DNA of 64,000 nt. Origin: Podarcis muralis. Lineage: Eukaryota. Numbering within the stretch: the stretch's first letter is position 1; every line of letters begins with the position of its first letter. Shown piece by piece: positions 22,798 to 35,896 of the stretch. The stretch is taken from assembly GCF_964188315.1 (NCBI RefSeq), contig NC_135655.1, forward strand, positions 82,460,001 through 82,524,000. The letters run 5' to 3'. Position numbers and translations under genes: made by a program. Below the pieces are notes generated by a model, which was not told the origin of the DNA, made no database searches, and saw only the letters and a program-made list of their open reading frames with translations.

Positions 22798-23164
22798 TGC
22801 AGTGCCTGGACTTGAATAAATGTCACATTTCCTACAACAGACAGTGCCAATGGTCCTCTTATATTTCAAATAGGGGTAAGCCCATGTTGACCACTCAAAC
22901 TCCATTGAACAGGGAGACGCATCCAATCCTCACTTTCACGTCAGTGTGTGATGAACATGTTTCCAAAAGCAAGTTGTTTCCACTGCTGACTCCCACTTTA
23001 CATTTTGAATATTACTCAGTAGACTGTGCACGCCCAAGAGCCTACCCTTTTAAAAACCAGACTACTACAGTGGAGTGCACTGCTTGTTCCATGTGTGCAG
23101 GATCAGTTCCCTTTATTGCACTCTGAGGACGTAGTCAAGCCATTGAATAAATGTGGCCAGCCAC

Positions 23165-23700
23165 TTTCCCTCTTGAACTTTTCCCATCTTGGCTTCTTGA
23201 AGCTAGCTGTTGGGGATTGACTGGGTGGGCCCAGGACTTGAATGATGCTTCACTGAGAGGGGGGAGAGTGTCACCTTCCTTGAAATTGGGTGCATCCCTT
23301 CCTTAAGAAGTCCTTCCTGGCCCATGAATTGCTGGATAACTATCGCCCAATATCTAATATCCCCTTTGGGGGCAATGTGCTTGAAAGGGTGCTGCCAGTC
23401 TAGCTTCAGGCATGCTTGAAGGAGACAGGGTATCTGGATCCATTTCAATCTGGCTTCAGACCCTGTCATGACATTTGTTGGAAGAGAGATGGTGGGGGAA
23501 CATATGCTCCAACTTTTCTCCAATGAAAATAGGGATGTCCTGAGGAAAAGCGAACACTCCAGGATAAAATCTGGGACGGCTTCTTTAAATCCAGGACTGT
23601 CCCTGGAAAATAGGGATGCTTGGAGGGTCTGGGGGAATGCTGCCTTGCTCACCCTTCTTGACCTTTCCTCAGCTTTTGATACCATTGATGCATCTTTCTT
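23165..23700 (+). mobile_element. L2 RT remnant with MITE at 23457-23631
   Basis: DPFQSGF and LDLSSAFDTID; MITE TIR cagaccct / agggtctg. Confidence 0.8.
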
Positions 23701-24003
23701 CATCACTCCCAACTTTCAGTGAAAACTGAAGATGCACATCTTAACATGTGCTTTCAGGGCAAACCCTCTTCCGGTTACTGTCATCTGTTTGAACTGTTTT
23801 GAATTCTGGTTTTAAGATTGTAAGCCCCTTTCAGTCCTGCTGGTCCCAATGACCTTGTTGGTATTGGTAACTGGTGTTATTGTTAATAGCTTTGGGAATA
23901 TGCAACAAACTGACAGTACCCTAAAACAAGATAGAGGAAAGTAACTAGTGGAGATTCCTACTGAACTGTGGGCTGAATGGAGAGGGACAACTTCTGTTAG
24001 AAA

Positions 24004-24204
24004 CTAATTAAAGAAGAATAGTAGAAAGTAAAAGAAATTCCCAGGCTGTATGTCCTCGGGTGACTATGCAGAGAGTATTTTAATTCATGCCCTTCAGGAA
24101 ATTGGTTTCTAGGTGATACCAAAACAACTATAAAATGAGCATTTTTCTGAACATGCCTTATTCTGGGGCTCTAAGATTGACGCTGATTATCTTCACAAGT
24201 AAGG
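24004..24204 (+). promoter_or_regulatory. Promoter module A upstream of the OR at 27733
   Basis: CTAATTAA 24004, TTCCCAGG 24038, TATAAAA 24129, donor GTAAGG 24199. Confidence 0.5.
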
Positions 24205-24618
24205 TTCCTTTTGATACATTTCCTAGCCAGATATACTCACAAAGTTCTTGTTAATTCTCCCCCCCAGCCCCAGTAGTCGAATCTATCAACAGTGCATTTC
24301 TCTGGAAGCAAATTTATTTTCTGGAACTTCTTTGGGTTTTCTGTTCATTTCTTTGGTTTTGAGGGTTGGCACACTTTATGATGCTGCCTGAGATCTCTCC
24401 TGCATTTTGCCTGTTATCGTAAACACATCTCCAGAAACGCAGATTCAAATTGATTGGCTAAGAAATTTATTTCTCTAGGGTTTTCATCTGGCTTCACAGT
24501 CAGCTTCAACCCCAAAGAGATAAAAACAGATTAAATTTAATAGCCACAGCATATTGCATGTGCATTGAGGGAAGGTTATTTCTAATTCATTCGTTATCTT
24601 CTGCAGGAACCCCACTAC

Positions 24619-24693
24619 TATAAATTAGGCATTATATCAATAAGCCTTACTTTGGGGCATTAGGAATGGCATCTGTCCTCTTCACAGGTAAGG
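24619..24693 (+). promoter_or_regulatory. Module B (TATA plus strong donor), forward orientation
   Basis: TATAAA 24619; cacag|GTAAGG 24688. Confidence 0.4.
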
Positions 24694-26114
24694 CTCCTAG
24701 CTTGCTATATTCTCTGTGATCTTGGGATATTTTATTCTTGGAAGCCAGATTATATCTATGAACAGCTCAATTCTCTGGAAGCCAAAAAAAAAAAGATTTT
24801 ATTTTGGTTTATTTTCACAGAAGTTGGGGAGGTTGACTTCTTATGACGCTGCACAAGATCTTTCCTGCAAGTTGTGTGTGATTGCAATAAGAAATCCAGA
24901 AATGGAAATTTAAAATCATCAGATAAGCAGTTCATTTGCTTAATGTTTTTTATCTGGCACTGCAGTTGGCTTCAACTCCAAAGGGGAAAAATCAGATTGA
25001 ATTTAAGAGACACATTACCATATCTGGGCATTGAAGGGAACGAGTTAACACTCAGTTACAATATTTTTGCATCCTCTCTTTATCGCCTCAGTCCAACAGA
25101 CATGTTTATGAGCAAATGGAAGACAGCTTTCCTCCTGCAGCGAAATTTACTTCTTTATTTGCCACAGTAGCCTCACAAATGAATATGGGGGACACCAGGG
25201 GGAATAGCATACTGCAGAACATAAACTCAATTCTGCCTTGCTTTTAGATTCTGTTGACCCAAGTTGTAGGCAGAGCACGATTTGAATAGTCCATTCTTGT
25301 TTTAAAGGGCAAACAATAAGAAAGGATGGGGTAACCTTAACTTAGTGGGGAATGGAGGAAGCTAGATGGGGGGTCTCCCTTGTTGCAGTGGCATAGCAAG
25401 ATGTGGTCAGCATTCGAAGGATGTTTTAAAAATTAAAAAACAGCTATTGGGTGCACAAAATGGTGCTGGTTTTGGCGAGTAAGTGGTGGCAATGGTCACT
25501 AGTAATATAACAGTAGCCAGTGGGAGCCAATGGCCAGCACAAGAGCTTTCTACAAAAACTGAACGAAGGCTTGCAGAGGCTAGGTGTTGGAGGAGACATT
25601 ATGTAGTGCTCATCAACTACAAGGAAAATGTATGCTAGAGAAATTACACCTGTAACCACTGGTGGAGGAAGAGGAGTATGGGCGGTGCGCCCCGCCCCCT
25701 GGATGCACGCCAGCCCCACTGCCGCCTGCTCTCCGCCCCGCAGTGCTGGAGCATGAAGCTTTGCCACTGCCTATAACATGTGCAAGAAGATGATGACACA
25801 TTAGTAGACTTCCTCTGCCCACAGATTACATTTTGTCAGAAAGTGCTTGTAAATAATAATGACCACACTCTCCAACAGAGAGGCAAGGCAAGTTCCAGAA
25901 ATAAAGTATTTCTCTCCACCTGACCCCTTTTTAAAAATGTAATTTTGGTACACACCATTCAGTTAGGAGTAAGATTACCTTACTTAGGTTTGGGTTTTCT
26001 TGCACTCTACTCACTTAGGCATTTTGGCCTGTGAACTGAGCATGAGTTCTTCCACATAGGTTCGACATATACCCCTGATGTAGTACTAATGTACATCTTA
26101 GTGGGCAAACATAA

Positions 26115-27050
26115 AAGCCGTTCCTAAATTGCCCCAAAAAGCCATCTCTATATTACTATATGCAGATGACGTGATACTCCGGTCTCAAACAAAAGTGGGC
26201 CTAAAATGAGGGCACTCTCAGGATGTTGCCAAAAAGAACAGCTGGTTGTGCATTAAAATAAAACCAAACTCATGGTGTTTTCAAGAAACAATAGGGCCCA
26301 TAGGTGCTATATGGATAATCAGCTCATTGAACAAGTTAAAGGCTGGATCTAGACATAGGGGGGATAAACACTATAAGTAAGTCAGAAATTAGATCATTAT
26401 AACAGAAGAAATAAATCTCTGGAAAATCACGTTTTCCTGCTCTTTGGCGCTGTCTGGTGTAGCATGTTTATAGCACATTCAAATCCATATTTCTTTACTA
26501 ATGTAGCTGTGTCCAAAATCTTTAAATATATTGGTCTTGTTGGTCTTGGTCTTTCAGTCAACAGGGTCATGGGCAGTACATCAGAAATATGCAAAGAAAA
26601 AAGCTCTTCAAAGTGTCATGCCTTTTCCATACAAAAGGTAGCAATCAAATACCTTCAGCACTTGAAGAGTTTAAAGGTAAACCCCTAGCACAGTTATTAT
26701 ACGGGACTCAGATTTGGACAGGTACTAACTTTGGATCTACAGAAGCTGTTCAGTGCTTGGAGGGTAGTCTTCCCTCTGTTGAATTACAGATTTGGCATAG
26801 AATATTTAATGATTGGCTTTGGCTCAATTTAACCCCCATCAGTCTACTGCCTCTAGTATTGCAAGACCGTCATGAGTGTGCCTGGACTAAAATTGTCATC
26901 CAAAAGCTTTATTCCTCTGGTTTATGGCTACAATAGTTATTAACACGGGGCTTCATCAAAGCAAATAATTTAATTAGACAGTGCCTATATGACATTGAAC
27001 AACAGAATAATTTGGCCACCATAAGGAAAAATTGCCCATGGTATGATTAT
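26115..27050 (+). mobile_element. Degraded non-LTR retrotransposon RT fragment
   Basis: ISILLYADD at about 26144-26170, NKTKLMVFS and QLLYGTQIW-like segments. Absent from the paralogous flank at about 34075. Family unresolved. Confidence 0.65.
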
Positions 27051-27732
27051 TTTCCACCTAGTTTTCTTGATACATTGGCACCCTACTTGCAAAATGTAAC
27101 AGTTCCAAAATACAGATGTAGAATCCCATAAACCTGATGTAGATTAACCCAAATAGCCTTAGTGTAGATAAATATGCTTCCTGCAGACCAGATAGTATTC
27201 AGTGATACAAACAAGTGCACCAAGTCACCTCAGTTGTTGGAACTCAATGTGGAATAGAGGGTTGTTGTTTTTTCTTTTTTTATTCTTTCTTTTTTGCTTT
27301 GGGGTGCTTCAGCTGAGAGCCCAAGTTCATATGCACAGAAAGGTGGTCTATCAAAATCAAAAGAGGTATTGTAAGTTTTGGTAGAAACTTTTATTGATAG
27401 TGTTTAAGAAAAGATGAAGTGTGCATAAAAGTTAATTTATTGCACAGTGAAATATTTTAAAATGTTGCTGTCGGTAAAATCCGCTTTTATAATATGAAGG
27501 GAATTTTGCCACTAATTCCAATTGAGTGTGTAAATAGCAGTGCCTGTAATTCAAGAATGGAGGTAACTGGACTCCAACTCCCATTATCTCTGACTATTGG
27601 CTCTGCTGGCTAGGGCTGATGGAAGGCCATAGGAATCTTGTAGTGCTGGTTTATTTTATTTTTAAGGAAGCCTGGTAGCCATCCAGGTTCAACTACCATG
27701 TTATTTTTAATTCTCTTGCAGAGCAACACAGA

Positions 27733-28668
27733 ATGAAGCCAAATGAAAGCACTGTAACAGAATTCATCCTTGCAGGATTCATGGTCCACCCTGACCTCCA
27801 AGTCCCACTCTTCCTCTTCTTCCTTATAATCTATGTAGCCACAATAATAGGCAACCTTGGGATAATCATAGTGACCAGTGTGGATACCCAGCTCCAGACA
27901 CCAATGTACTTTTTCCTAAGAAACCTCTCCATTATTGATATTGGTTATTCAACTGCCATTGCCCCCAAGATGCTGACAACATTTTTGGCAGAAAAGACAA
28001 CCATTTCCTTCAAGGGATGCACAGTGCAATTTTTCATCTTTGCCGTCTTCATAACCACAGAAGGTTGCCTTCTTGCTGTGATGGCATACGATCGCTTCAC
28101 AGCCATCTGCAACCCACTGCTCTATTTTGCTATTATGTCAAGGAAGCATTGTACCATATTGGTGGTGCTTGCATATGCTTGTGGACTTACAAGTTCAATT
28201 CTCCAGACTTCTTTTATTTTTACTTTGTCCTTCTGCAGTTCAAATATCATTAATCATTTTTTCTGTGATGTTCCCCCAATACTTAAGTTATCCTGTTCAG
28301 ACACCCATGTCACTCACACTGTGCATTTCATTTTATCCACTATAATTGGGCTGACAACTTTTCTCATTGTCTTGGTCTCTTACATCGCTATTCTTTTTGC
28401 CATCCTGAGGATCAGCTCTGCTCAGGGCAGATACAAAGCCTTCTCCACTTGTGCTTCCCACTTGACCACTGTCACTATCTTCTTTGGAACCATTATCTTC
28501 ATGTATATACGTCCTGGTTCTACTTTCTCAATAGATCAGGATAAAATAGTTTCTGTGTTCTATAGTCTTATGATCTCCTTCCTTAACCCACTTATCTATA
28601 GCCTGAGGAACAAAGATGTGAAAGATGCTTTTGGTAGGACCATAGAGAAGGCAACATTCTTCAAGTAA
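27733..28668 (+). CDS. Olfactory receptor, family 5-like, 311 aa
   Basis: [51 protein letters not shown]; acceptor at 27720-27721. Confidence 0.95.
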   Translation: MKPNESTVTEFILAGFMVHPDLQVPLFLFFLIIYVATIIGNLGIIIVTSVDTQLQTPMYFFLRNLSIIDIGYSTAIAPKMLTTFLAEKTTISFKGCTVQFFIFAVFITTEGCLLAVMAYDRFTAICNPLLYFAIMSRKHCTILVVLAYACGLTSSILQTSFIFTLSFCSSNIINHFFCDVPPILKLSCSDTHVTHTVHFILSTIIGLTTFLIVLVSYIAILFAILRISSAQGRYKAFSTCASHLTTVTIFFGTIIFMYIRPGSTFSIDQDKIVSVFYSLMISFLNPLIYSLRNKDVKDAFGRTIEKATFFK

Positions 28669-28724
28669 AAATGACATTTTCTTTACACTAAAGAAAGATA
28701 TAGCAAGGTTTAGTATGTACATAA

Positions 28725-29084
28725 GGGACGCGGGTGGCGCTGTGGGTAAAAGCCTCAGCGCCTAGGACTTGCCGATCAGAAGGTCGGCGGTTCGAATCCC
28801 CGCAGCGGGGTGCGCTCCCGTTGCTCAGTCCCAGCGCCTGCCAACCTAGCAGTTCGAAAGCACCCCCGGGTGCAAGTAGATAAATAGGGACCGCTTTCTA
28901 GCGGGAAGGTAAACGGCGTTTCCGTGTGCTGCGCTGGCTTGCCAGATGCAGCTTGTCACGCTGGCCACATGACCCGGAAGTGTCTCCGGACAGCGCTGGC
29001 CCCCGGCCTCTTGAGTGAGATGGGCGCACAACCCTAGAGTCTGTCAAGACTGGCCCGTACGGGCAGGGGTACCTTTACCTTTTT
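28725..29084 (+). mobile_element. Sauria SINE (Squam1), full length
   Basis: gggacgcgggtggcgctgtgg head, B-box ggttcgaatccc, BovB-related 3' part and (ACCTTT)n tail. CpG-rich, so young. Confidence 0.92.
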
Positions 29085-29966
29085 AAGCTACCTTAATGCT
29101 TTCTAACACAATGCCCATGTTATCAAGCTACTGTGTAGAAGTAAGGTATAGTGCCTTTTGCAATTGATATATTTCATTTTAACAGTATATTTCAGGATAT
29201 GCCCTACCAGTGATAGGGCTTTTAGGCTACATAAGGGCCATATTCAGTCAGATGATAGAGAAATTATTACACACCAACTATTGCTTGATTGACAATTTGT
29301 TAGCATTAGAGGAAACAAATCACAAACATTTGGGAGAATGTTCAGGTGGCTGACCTGATGAACATTAGCAGAGTAAGAGAAGATAGACAGGCAGAATCCT
29401 CTTATTATTTGCTGGAGTAACAAAATTTAGGAGAATGTGGAACCACAAATTTTATTGTGAGCTTTATAAAAATGTTATGATTTCTTATTTTCATGCTGTT
29501 TTTGATTGTATTTCTTGTTTCTTTGTAAAATAAGGTGAATATATTGTACTTACTTATTTCTGCTTTGTATCTATCAAAGGATGCATAATGTACTGGGCAC
29601 AGATGTTCTGGGTCATTGATCAACTCCTCTTTGGGAAACATCAGATGATGCATTGCCTCGATTGCTTTCTTTAGAATCACAAAACAGTGGGGATATGCAA
29701 GGCTGGCATGGGAGGAGTGAGAAACGGACCCTGTGTTATGGACCTCTGATACTCCAATAAGGTTCCTCCTGGAATCTTACTGGGCCATGATCCAAATTGG
29801 TGAGGGTTGAGACCACTGCTTCCTCTGTCCTGAGAATCTCAACTGCCCTGCCATCTCCAACGCACTCAGGCTCTGCTGAGCCCACTTCTCTGCCACAACC
29901 CTGGCATGTCCCTCCATACGTCCCATAAACTACTCTGAGCCACATCAGGCCACTGAGGCTGCCACC

Positions 29967-30574
29967 TGTCATAGACTGGCTGGATGCAAAGGTGTGGTGA
30001 GAGGCACCAGCTAGGGGACCTCAATGGAACTCACAAGGGAACTCATTCAGAGCCAGGGGATTGGTGTTGGGAGGACGATCAGTGTTCAGAAGAAGAAGAA
30101 GGAACAAACTGGAGGGAGGTGGTCTCAGAAGCTGAAACGGTAACAGGGTTTAGTGAGCAGGAAGAGACTAGGGCAGAGAGCGATCCAGAATCAAAGGTAG
30201 AAGTGGAGGTTGGAGAGGGGGGGGGGCAAAATTCAGAGGTGAGGCAGGCTGCTGAAAAACCAGGGGGTCTCCTCCTCGTACTGTGACCAGCTCCCCACCC
30301 CCTCGGTCTCCCAGATCCTGCAGGGGTTTGAAGAGGAAGAGCACAAAGTCAAAGAAGTCCCTGGTTGCTTGGAAAGGACCCAGAGTAGGAGGAGACATAG
30401 AGAGCTGTAGGAAGGCAGGGACCATCAGCCCTCACAATTGCATCATTGGAGTAGGACCAGCTGGGAAGAAATGCTGTGTTCACTAAGCCTGAGCTGTTTT
30501 TGTTTCATTGAATAAAGAGTTTCACTGAAACCTTGTGAGTTATTGCTGCCCTGCTCCCCACTTCCGCCTTGACA
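29967..30574 (+). mobile_element. Solo LTR
   Basis: tgtca...tgaca termini and AATAAA at 30511; no convincing TSD. Confidence 0.65.
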
Positions 30575-30918
30575 GCAGCACTGCCAATAGCCTCCTATTC
30601 AAGGCCTTCCAGTGCTGGTTCCTCGCTGCACACCTCCTTGCCACATCAGCATCTTGAGAAGGAGGAGGAGGAGAGGGTTGGGAAGCCCTTTGTAGCCTCT
30701 GCATGCTACTCCTCACTCCTCCTGTCTACTGGAAATGCCAGTGATATCAGTAGGAAGGGGCTTCTCACCCGACTTCCTCTCTTCCCAAAGGTGCACCCGC
30801 CAGGACTCCTTTTGGAGCCGTGTAGTGGGGAGTGACATTATCTGTCCCGAATCTTTCACCATTAAGCTTCATTGAAAGTTCACAAGTTCTAGTGTAAGAA
30901 GAAGAGGGGGTTCATCTA

Positions 30919-31144
30919 CAGTGGTACCTCGGGTTAAGTACTTAATTCGTTCCGGAGGTCCATTCTTAACCTGAAACTGTTCTTAACCTGAAGCACCACT
31001 TCAGCTAATGGGGCCTCCTGCTGCCGCTGCGCCGCCGGAGCACAATTTCTCTTCTCATCCTAAAGCAAAGTTCTTAACCTGAAGCACTATTTCTGGGTTA
31101 GCGGAGTCTGTAACCTGAAGCGTATGTAACCCGAGGTACCACTG
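30919..31144 (+). mobile_element. Tc1/mariner (Tigger-like) MITE
   Basis: TIR cagtggtacctcgggtta / taacccgaggtaccactg with TA on both sides. Confidence 0.9.
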
Positions 31145-32347
31145 TATTCACTTTCCCTATGCATACTTTTATAAACGTATTTATTTGTATTTATTTATTT
31201 TCTATACCACCCTTCATCTGAGGATCACAAGGAGTTTTACAGTATAAAAACACAGAAATACACAACAGGTAACAAACCGTCTATCATATCCCCTCTTATT
31301 CACCTTTCCACTAAACTACAGTGCCTCCTCCCATTTAAAATGGGTGTGCCTTTGCCACATCCCAGCTCCCCTGGAAAGGAGGCTACACTTGGTTTTGCCT
31401 GTGGGAGAAGTAAAGGGGTTGACCATGGGGCAGTTTGGCCAATGCAGGAGAGCAGTTAGCCAGGCCATTTATGTGCCTCCTTCTCACCAAACTTTCCTGT
31501 ATACTTTTGCTGCACCCTCCCTCCCTATTCAGCATGGGCCATTTTGGTTAGCTGCCCTTTGAAGGGGCTGTGTAGGAAAAAAAATTGGGGGGAGGAGGAG
31601 CCAATGCCGCATAGGCAAAAGTGAAAACTGACCACAAAACTGATAAAAAATAGTTACGGGGAAACCTAATGTCTGAATATTAAAGTGAAAAACAACCCCA
31701 TATGAGGTACAATGAGGATTCTGATTCCTCCAGGGAACAATAGATTAAGTTGCATTTCAGGGTCTGTAGTTGGAGGAGAAACAGTGAGGCGCTGGGATGG
31801 CAGAAGGAGATTGGTTGAAGAACGAACAGCTAAGATGCCATATATTTCCTGCATAGCATGTGTCATAATTGAAATGCTGTTGGAAGCTCTTTCAACTGTC
31901 CAGTAATGCAGTACTGAAAAAAGTTTGACTGATTTGGAATTTGGTCTGAGCCTCTGTACCTGAACTCCCAATGGTAATTTCACCCCAATACATTATATAT
32001 TATATACTATATTACACCTAGGAAAAGAAAACAAAATAACAGGCTCAGACATTAGCACACGTTAAGCACCTGATATGAAGATTAAAATTCATTCAGCCAT
32101 GCTTCAGAGGGGAGGGAATTCCACAATTGGGAAGCTTATTGTAAAAAAAAAATAGAGGAACATAAATAATCAGAATTATTACTGAATTCTGGTATGTGAA
32201 TGGGGAGGCAATAATTCTGTTTGAAACTTATTATAATGACTAGCAGAAATTGAACGAATGACACTGTATGTCCTCAGGCGACATACAAACTCATGGAACT
32301 TACTCATGAGTTTCAAGCATTTGACTTCTAGCCAATATCAAAGCAAC

Positions 32348-32423
32348 TATAAAATTAGCCTTTCTATCATTATGCCTTACTTTGGGGCTTTAGGAATGGC
32401 ATCTTTCCTCTTCACAGGTAAGG
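32348..32423 (+). promoter_or_regulatory. Module B upstream of the OR at 34961
   Basis: caacTATAAAA 32348; cacag|GTAAGG 32418. The only such cassette recognised before this gene. Confidence 0.45.
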
Positions 32424-32916
32424 TTCCTAGCTTGATATATTCTCAGAGTGCTTGGGATGTTTTATTTTTCACCAGCCAGATGATATCTATGAACACTTCA
32501 TATTTTTGGAAGCCAAAAAAACTATTTGGAATTTATTTTGGCTTTCTTTTCACAAAAGCTGGGGAGGTTGACTTCTTATCACACTGCATGAGATCTCTCT
32601 TGTAGATTGCCTGTGATTGTAATCCAGAAATGTAGATACTTTATTTGCTAAATGTGTTTTTATCTGACATTGCAGCTGGATTCAAACCACAAGGAAAAAA
32701 TCAGATTGAAATTAAGAGACACATTACCCTTGAAGGGAGTGGGTTATAATTCAGTTACAATATTTTGGCATTCCGTCTATATAGCCTCAATCCAAGAAAC
32801 ATTTTTAGGAGAAAATGGAGGGCAGTTTACCTGCTGTAGAGCAGTTTACTTCTTTGTTTCTTGCAGCAGTGTCGAAGATAACCTTCCTACAGGGAGTACA
32901 GTTCATTACAAGCAAA

Positions 32917-33131
32917 CAGTGGTACCTCTGGTTAAGAACTTAATTCATTCCGGAGGTCCGTTCTAAACCTGAAACTGTCCTTGACCTGAGGTACCACTTT
33001 AGCTAATGGGGCCTCCCATTGCCACCGCATGATTTCTGATCTCATCCTGAAGCAAAGTTCTTAACCCGAGGTACTATTTCTGGGTTAGTGGAGTCTGTAA
33101 CCTGAAGCGTCTGTAATCCGAGGTACCACTG
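32917..33131 (+). mobile_element. Tc1/mariner (Tigger-like) MITE
   Basis: Same family as 30919-31144. Confidence 0.85.
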
Positions 33132-33732
33132 TACTTACATTCTTGCTTTGCTTTAAAATTGTGCTAGCCCAAGTTTCTGAGAGAGCAAAATTTAATAGTG
33201 CAGTATTGAATTAGAATAATAATATTTTTAAAATGAGGAAAAGAAATCCTGAAATGATGGAGTAGTCTTACCTTTTGGAGGACAAAAAATCTAGATGGAG
33301 CTGTCCTGTGCTGAACTAATTGGGGCTTTAAGGATGATCTGAACACACAAACACACACACACTTTTAGGTACACAAAATGGTGCTGTTTTAGGTGGGAAA
33401 AGTGTTACAGTGCTTGCTAGGGATGTGGCACATTCCCAGTAAGAGTCCCTGTCTCAGGCAAAAGAGAACCTGCAGAGACTTGACAGAGGCTGAGAGATGG
33501 AGTAGAGAATTACACAATCCTGACAATTTTATTTATTACTCTGAACTGCTTGTGAAAGAATGGCAGGATATGTGTGAGAAAGAGGGAGGGAGGGAGGGCA
33601 GTAGAGTGAAGTGGTCCTATGCTACAGTTGTCCCACAAGGAAAGGGATTTCTGCAGAAATGAAACATGGAACACATGCAAGGAGATGGAGGCACTTAAGC
33701 AGTCTTCCTCTGTCCACAGGCAACATTTTGTA

Positions 33733-33827
33733 ATAACTTACAATGGCCACACTTTCCAACAGAGTGGCCATAACTTACAATGCCCACACTTTCCCATAAC
33801 TTACAATGGCCACACTTTCCAACAGAG
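33733..33827. repeat. Short tandem repeat, three copies of ataacttacaatggccacactttcc
   Basis: Seen directly. Confidence 0.85.
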
Positions 33828-34549
33828 AACTAAGTCACAAAGAAAGTTTTTAATGAAAAGGCTGAAATAAAATTTAATTTTTTAAAAAAATGCACCTGTT
33901 GGTGCACACTATTCAGAGATAAGTAAGAATACCTTTCACATATTGGTTTTTGTTTTACTCTGCTCACTTTGGTGTTCAGCCCTGTAGAATGAATATGAAC
34001 TCATCCACATAGGTTTTGCTGCAGGTACCCCTAATAGAGTAGCAATGTACACCTTAGTGAGCAGACATAAAAACCTTGGTTTCATAGAATCTCAGCTGTC
34101 ACACATCAACCTGCTATAGATTAACCCACACAATCCCAGTGTAGATAGGTACAATTCCTGCAGACCAGATAATATCAGGTGACTCAAGGAATTGCTCCCA
34201 AATGCCTAAGTTGTTGGGTGTGAATATAAAAGGTTCTCCCGTACAGTAAATTAAATTCTAAAACTTGATTTAGTTTGTATTAACTCTTTCTTTGTGGATG
34301 GAAGTGCTTCAGTTTAGATCTTAAGGCCATACGCACAGTTCAATGACCTAACATTCCTTCCTGGTGTTTAAGAGAAGGTGGAGTGTGAATAGATGTTACC
34401 TTTAAACTATGTTAATTGGTCACAGGGTGCAATATTTTTAAGCATTATGGGTAAAATGTTACGGGTAAAATCCAGTTTTATAAAATGAAGGGAATTTTGC
34501 CACTAATTCCAATTCAATGTGGAAATAACATCACCTGTATTTCAATAAT

Positions 34550-34686
34550 ACATCTTAAGACATCTTAAGGCAGCCCTGTTCAGGGAAGTTTTTAATATGT
34601 AACGCTGTACTGTTTTTAACACTTGATTGGGAGCCACCCAGAGTGGCTGGGGAAACTCAGCCAGATGGGCGGGGTATAAATAATAA

Positions 34687-34743
<57 letters not shown>
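34550..34743 (+). mobile_element. L2 LINE 3' tip with (ATT)n tail
   Basis: gagccacccagagtggctggggaaac..gggcggggtataaataataaa(tta)n; absent in the paralogous flank at about 27556. Confidence 0.8.
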
Positions 34744-34960
34744 GGAAGCAATTGAATTCCAGCTCCCATTAGCCCAGGATTTGCTGGCTGGGGCTGATGG
34801 GAATGGAGACCAACAACACCTGGAGGGCCAAAGGTTCTACAACCAATGCTGTAGTCTGTAGTTTGTTCATTCCCCTCAAACATACAGTTTTAATGTAGTC
34901 TGGTAGCCATCCAGCTTCAAAAACCATATTCTTTTTAATTCTCTTACAGAGGGATATAGA

Positions 34961-35896
34961 ATGAAGCAAAATGAAAGCACTGTAACAGAGTTCATCCTGG
35001 TAGGATTCATGGACCACCCTGACCTCCAAGTCCCCCTCTTCATCTTGTTCCTGGTTATCTATGTAGCCACAATAATAGGCAACCTTGGGATAATCATAGT
35101 AACCAGTGTGGATACCCAGCTCCAGACACCAATGTACTTTTTCCTGAGAAACCTCTCCATTATCGATATTGGTTATTCAACTGCCATTGCCCCCAAGTTG
35201 CTGACAACCTTTGTGGCAGAGAAGACAACCATTTCCTTCAAGGGATGCACAGTGCAATTCTTCTTCCTCGCTGTCTTCATAACCACAGAAGTTTGCCTTC
35301 TTGCTGTGATGGCGTACGATCGCTTCACAGCCATCTGCAACCCACTGCTCTATTTTGCTATTATGTCAAGGAAGCATTGTACCATATTGGTGGTGGTTGC
35401 ATATGCTTGTGGACTTACAAGTTCAATTCTCCAGACTTCTTTTATTTTTACTTTGTCCTTCTGCAGTTCAAATATCATTAATCATTTTTTCTGTGATGTA
35501 CCCCCAATATTCAAGTTGTCCTGTTCAGGCACCCATGTCACTCACACTGTGCATTTTGTTTTATCCACTATAATAGCGCTGACAACTTTTCTCATTGTCT
35601 TGGTCTCTTATATTGCTATTCTTTTTGCCATCCTGAGGATCAGCTCTGCCCAGGGCAGATACAAAGCCTTCTCCACTTGTGCTTCCCACTTGATCACAGT
35701 CATTATCTTCTATGGAACCATCTTCTTCATGTATATACGGCCTGGCTCCAGTTTCCCAAAGGATCAGGACAAAATAGTTTCTGTGTTCTATACTCTTGGG
35801 ATCTCCTTGCTCAACCCTCTCATCTACAGCCTAAGGAACAAAGATGTGAAAGATGCTTTTGGTAGGACGGCAGAGAAGGTGATATTTTTCAAGTAA
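34961..35896 (+). CDS. Olfactory receptor, family 5-like, 311 aa; close paralog of 27733
   Basis: Complete OR motif set; acceptor at 34948-34949. Confidence 0.95.
   Translation: MKQNESTVTEFILVGFMDHPDLQVPLFILFLVIYVATIIGNLGIIIVTSVDTQLQTPMYFFLRNLSIIDIGYSTAIAPKLLTTFVAEKTTISFKGCTVQFFFLAVFITTEVCLLAVMAYDRFTAICNPLLYFAIMSRKHCTILVVVAYACGLTSSILQTSFIFTLSFCSSNIINHFFCDVPPIFKLSCSGTHVTHTVHFVLSTIIALTTFLIVLVSYIAILFAILRISSAQGRYKAFSTCASHLITVIIFYGTIFFMYIRPGSSFPKDQDKIVSVFYTLGISLLNPLIYSLRNKDVKDAFGRTAEKVIFFK

Larger units (their letters stand above)
2040..24300 (+). repeat. Tandem duplication array of the family-5/8/9 OR unit
   Basis: The spacer (L2 remnants, promoter module, upstream segment, acceptor) recurs at about 2040, 5622, 9760, 15170, 20048 (partial) and 23830. 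Confidence 0.9.

Noticed and set aside
28725-28810. tRNA-like A/B boxes as tRNA genes (also 1150, 22561, 41326)
   Set aside because: They are SINE heads followed by SINE bodies and tails.
33733-33827. Direct repeats as a CRISPR-like array
   Set aside because: Vertebrate DNA, only three nearly abutting copies and no unique spacers.
34542-34883. Poly-Ile and poly-Leu ORFs
   Set aside because: Translation of the (ATT)n tail of an L2 fragment.
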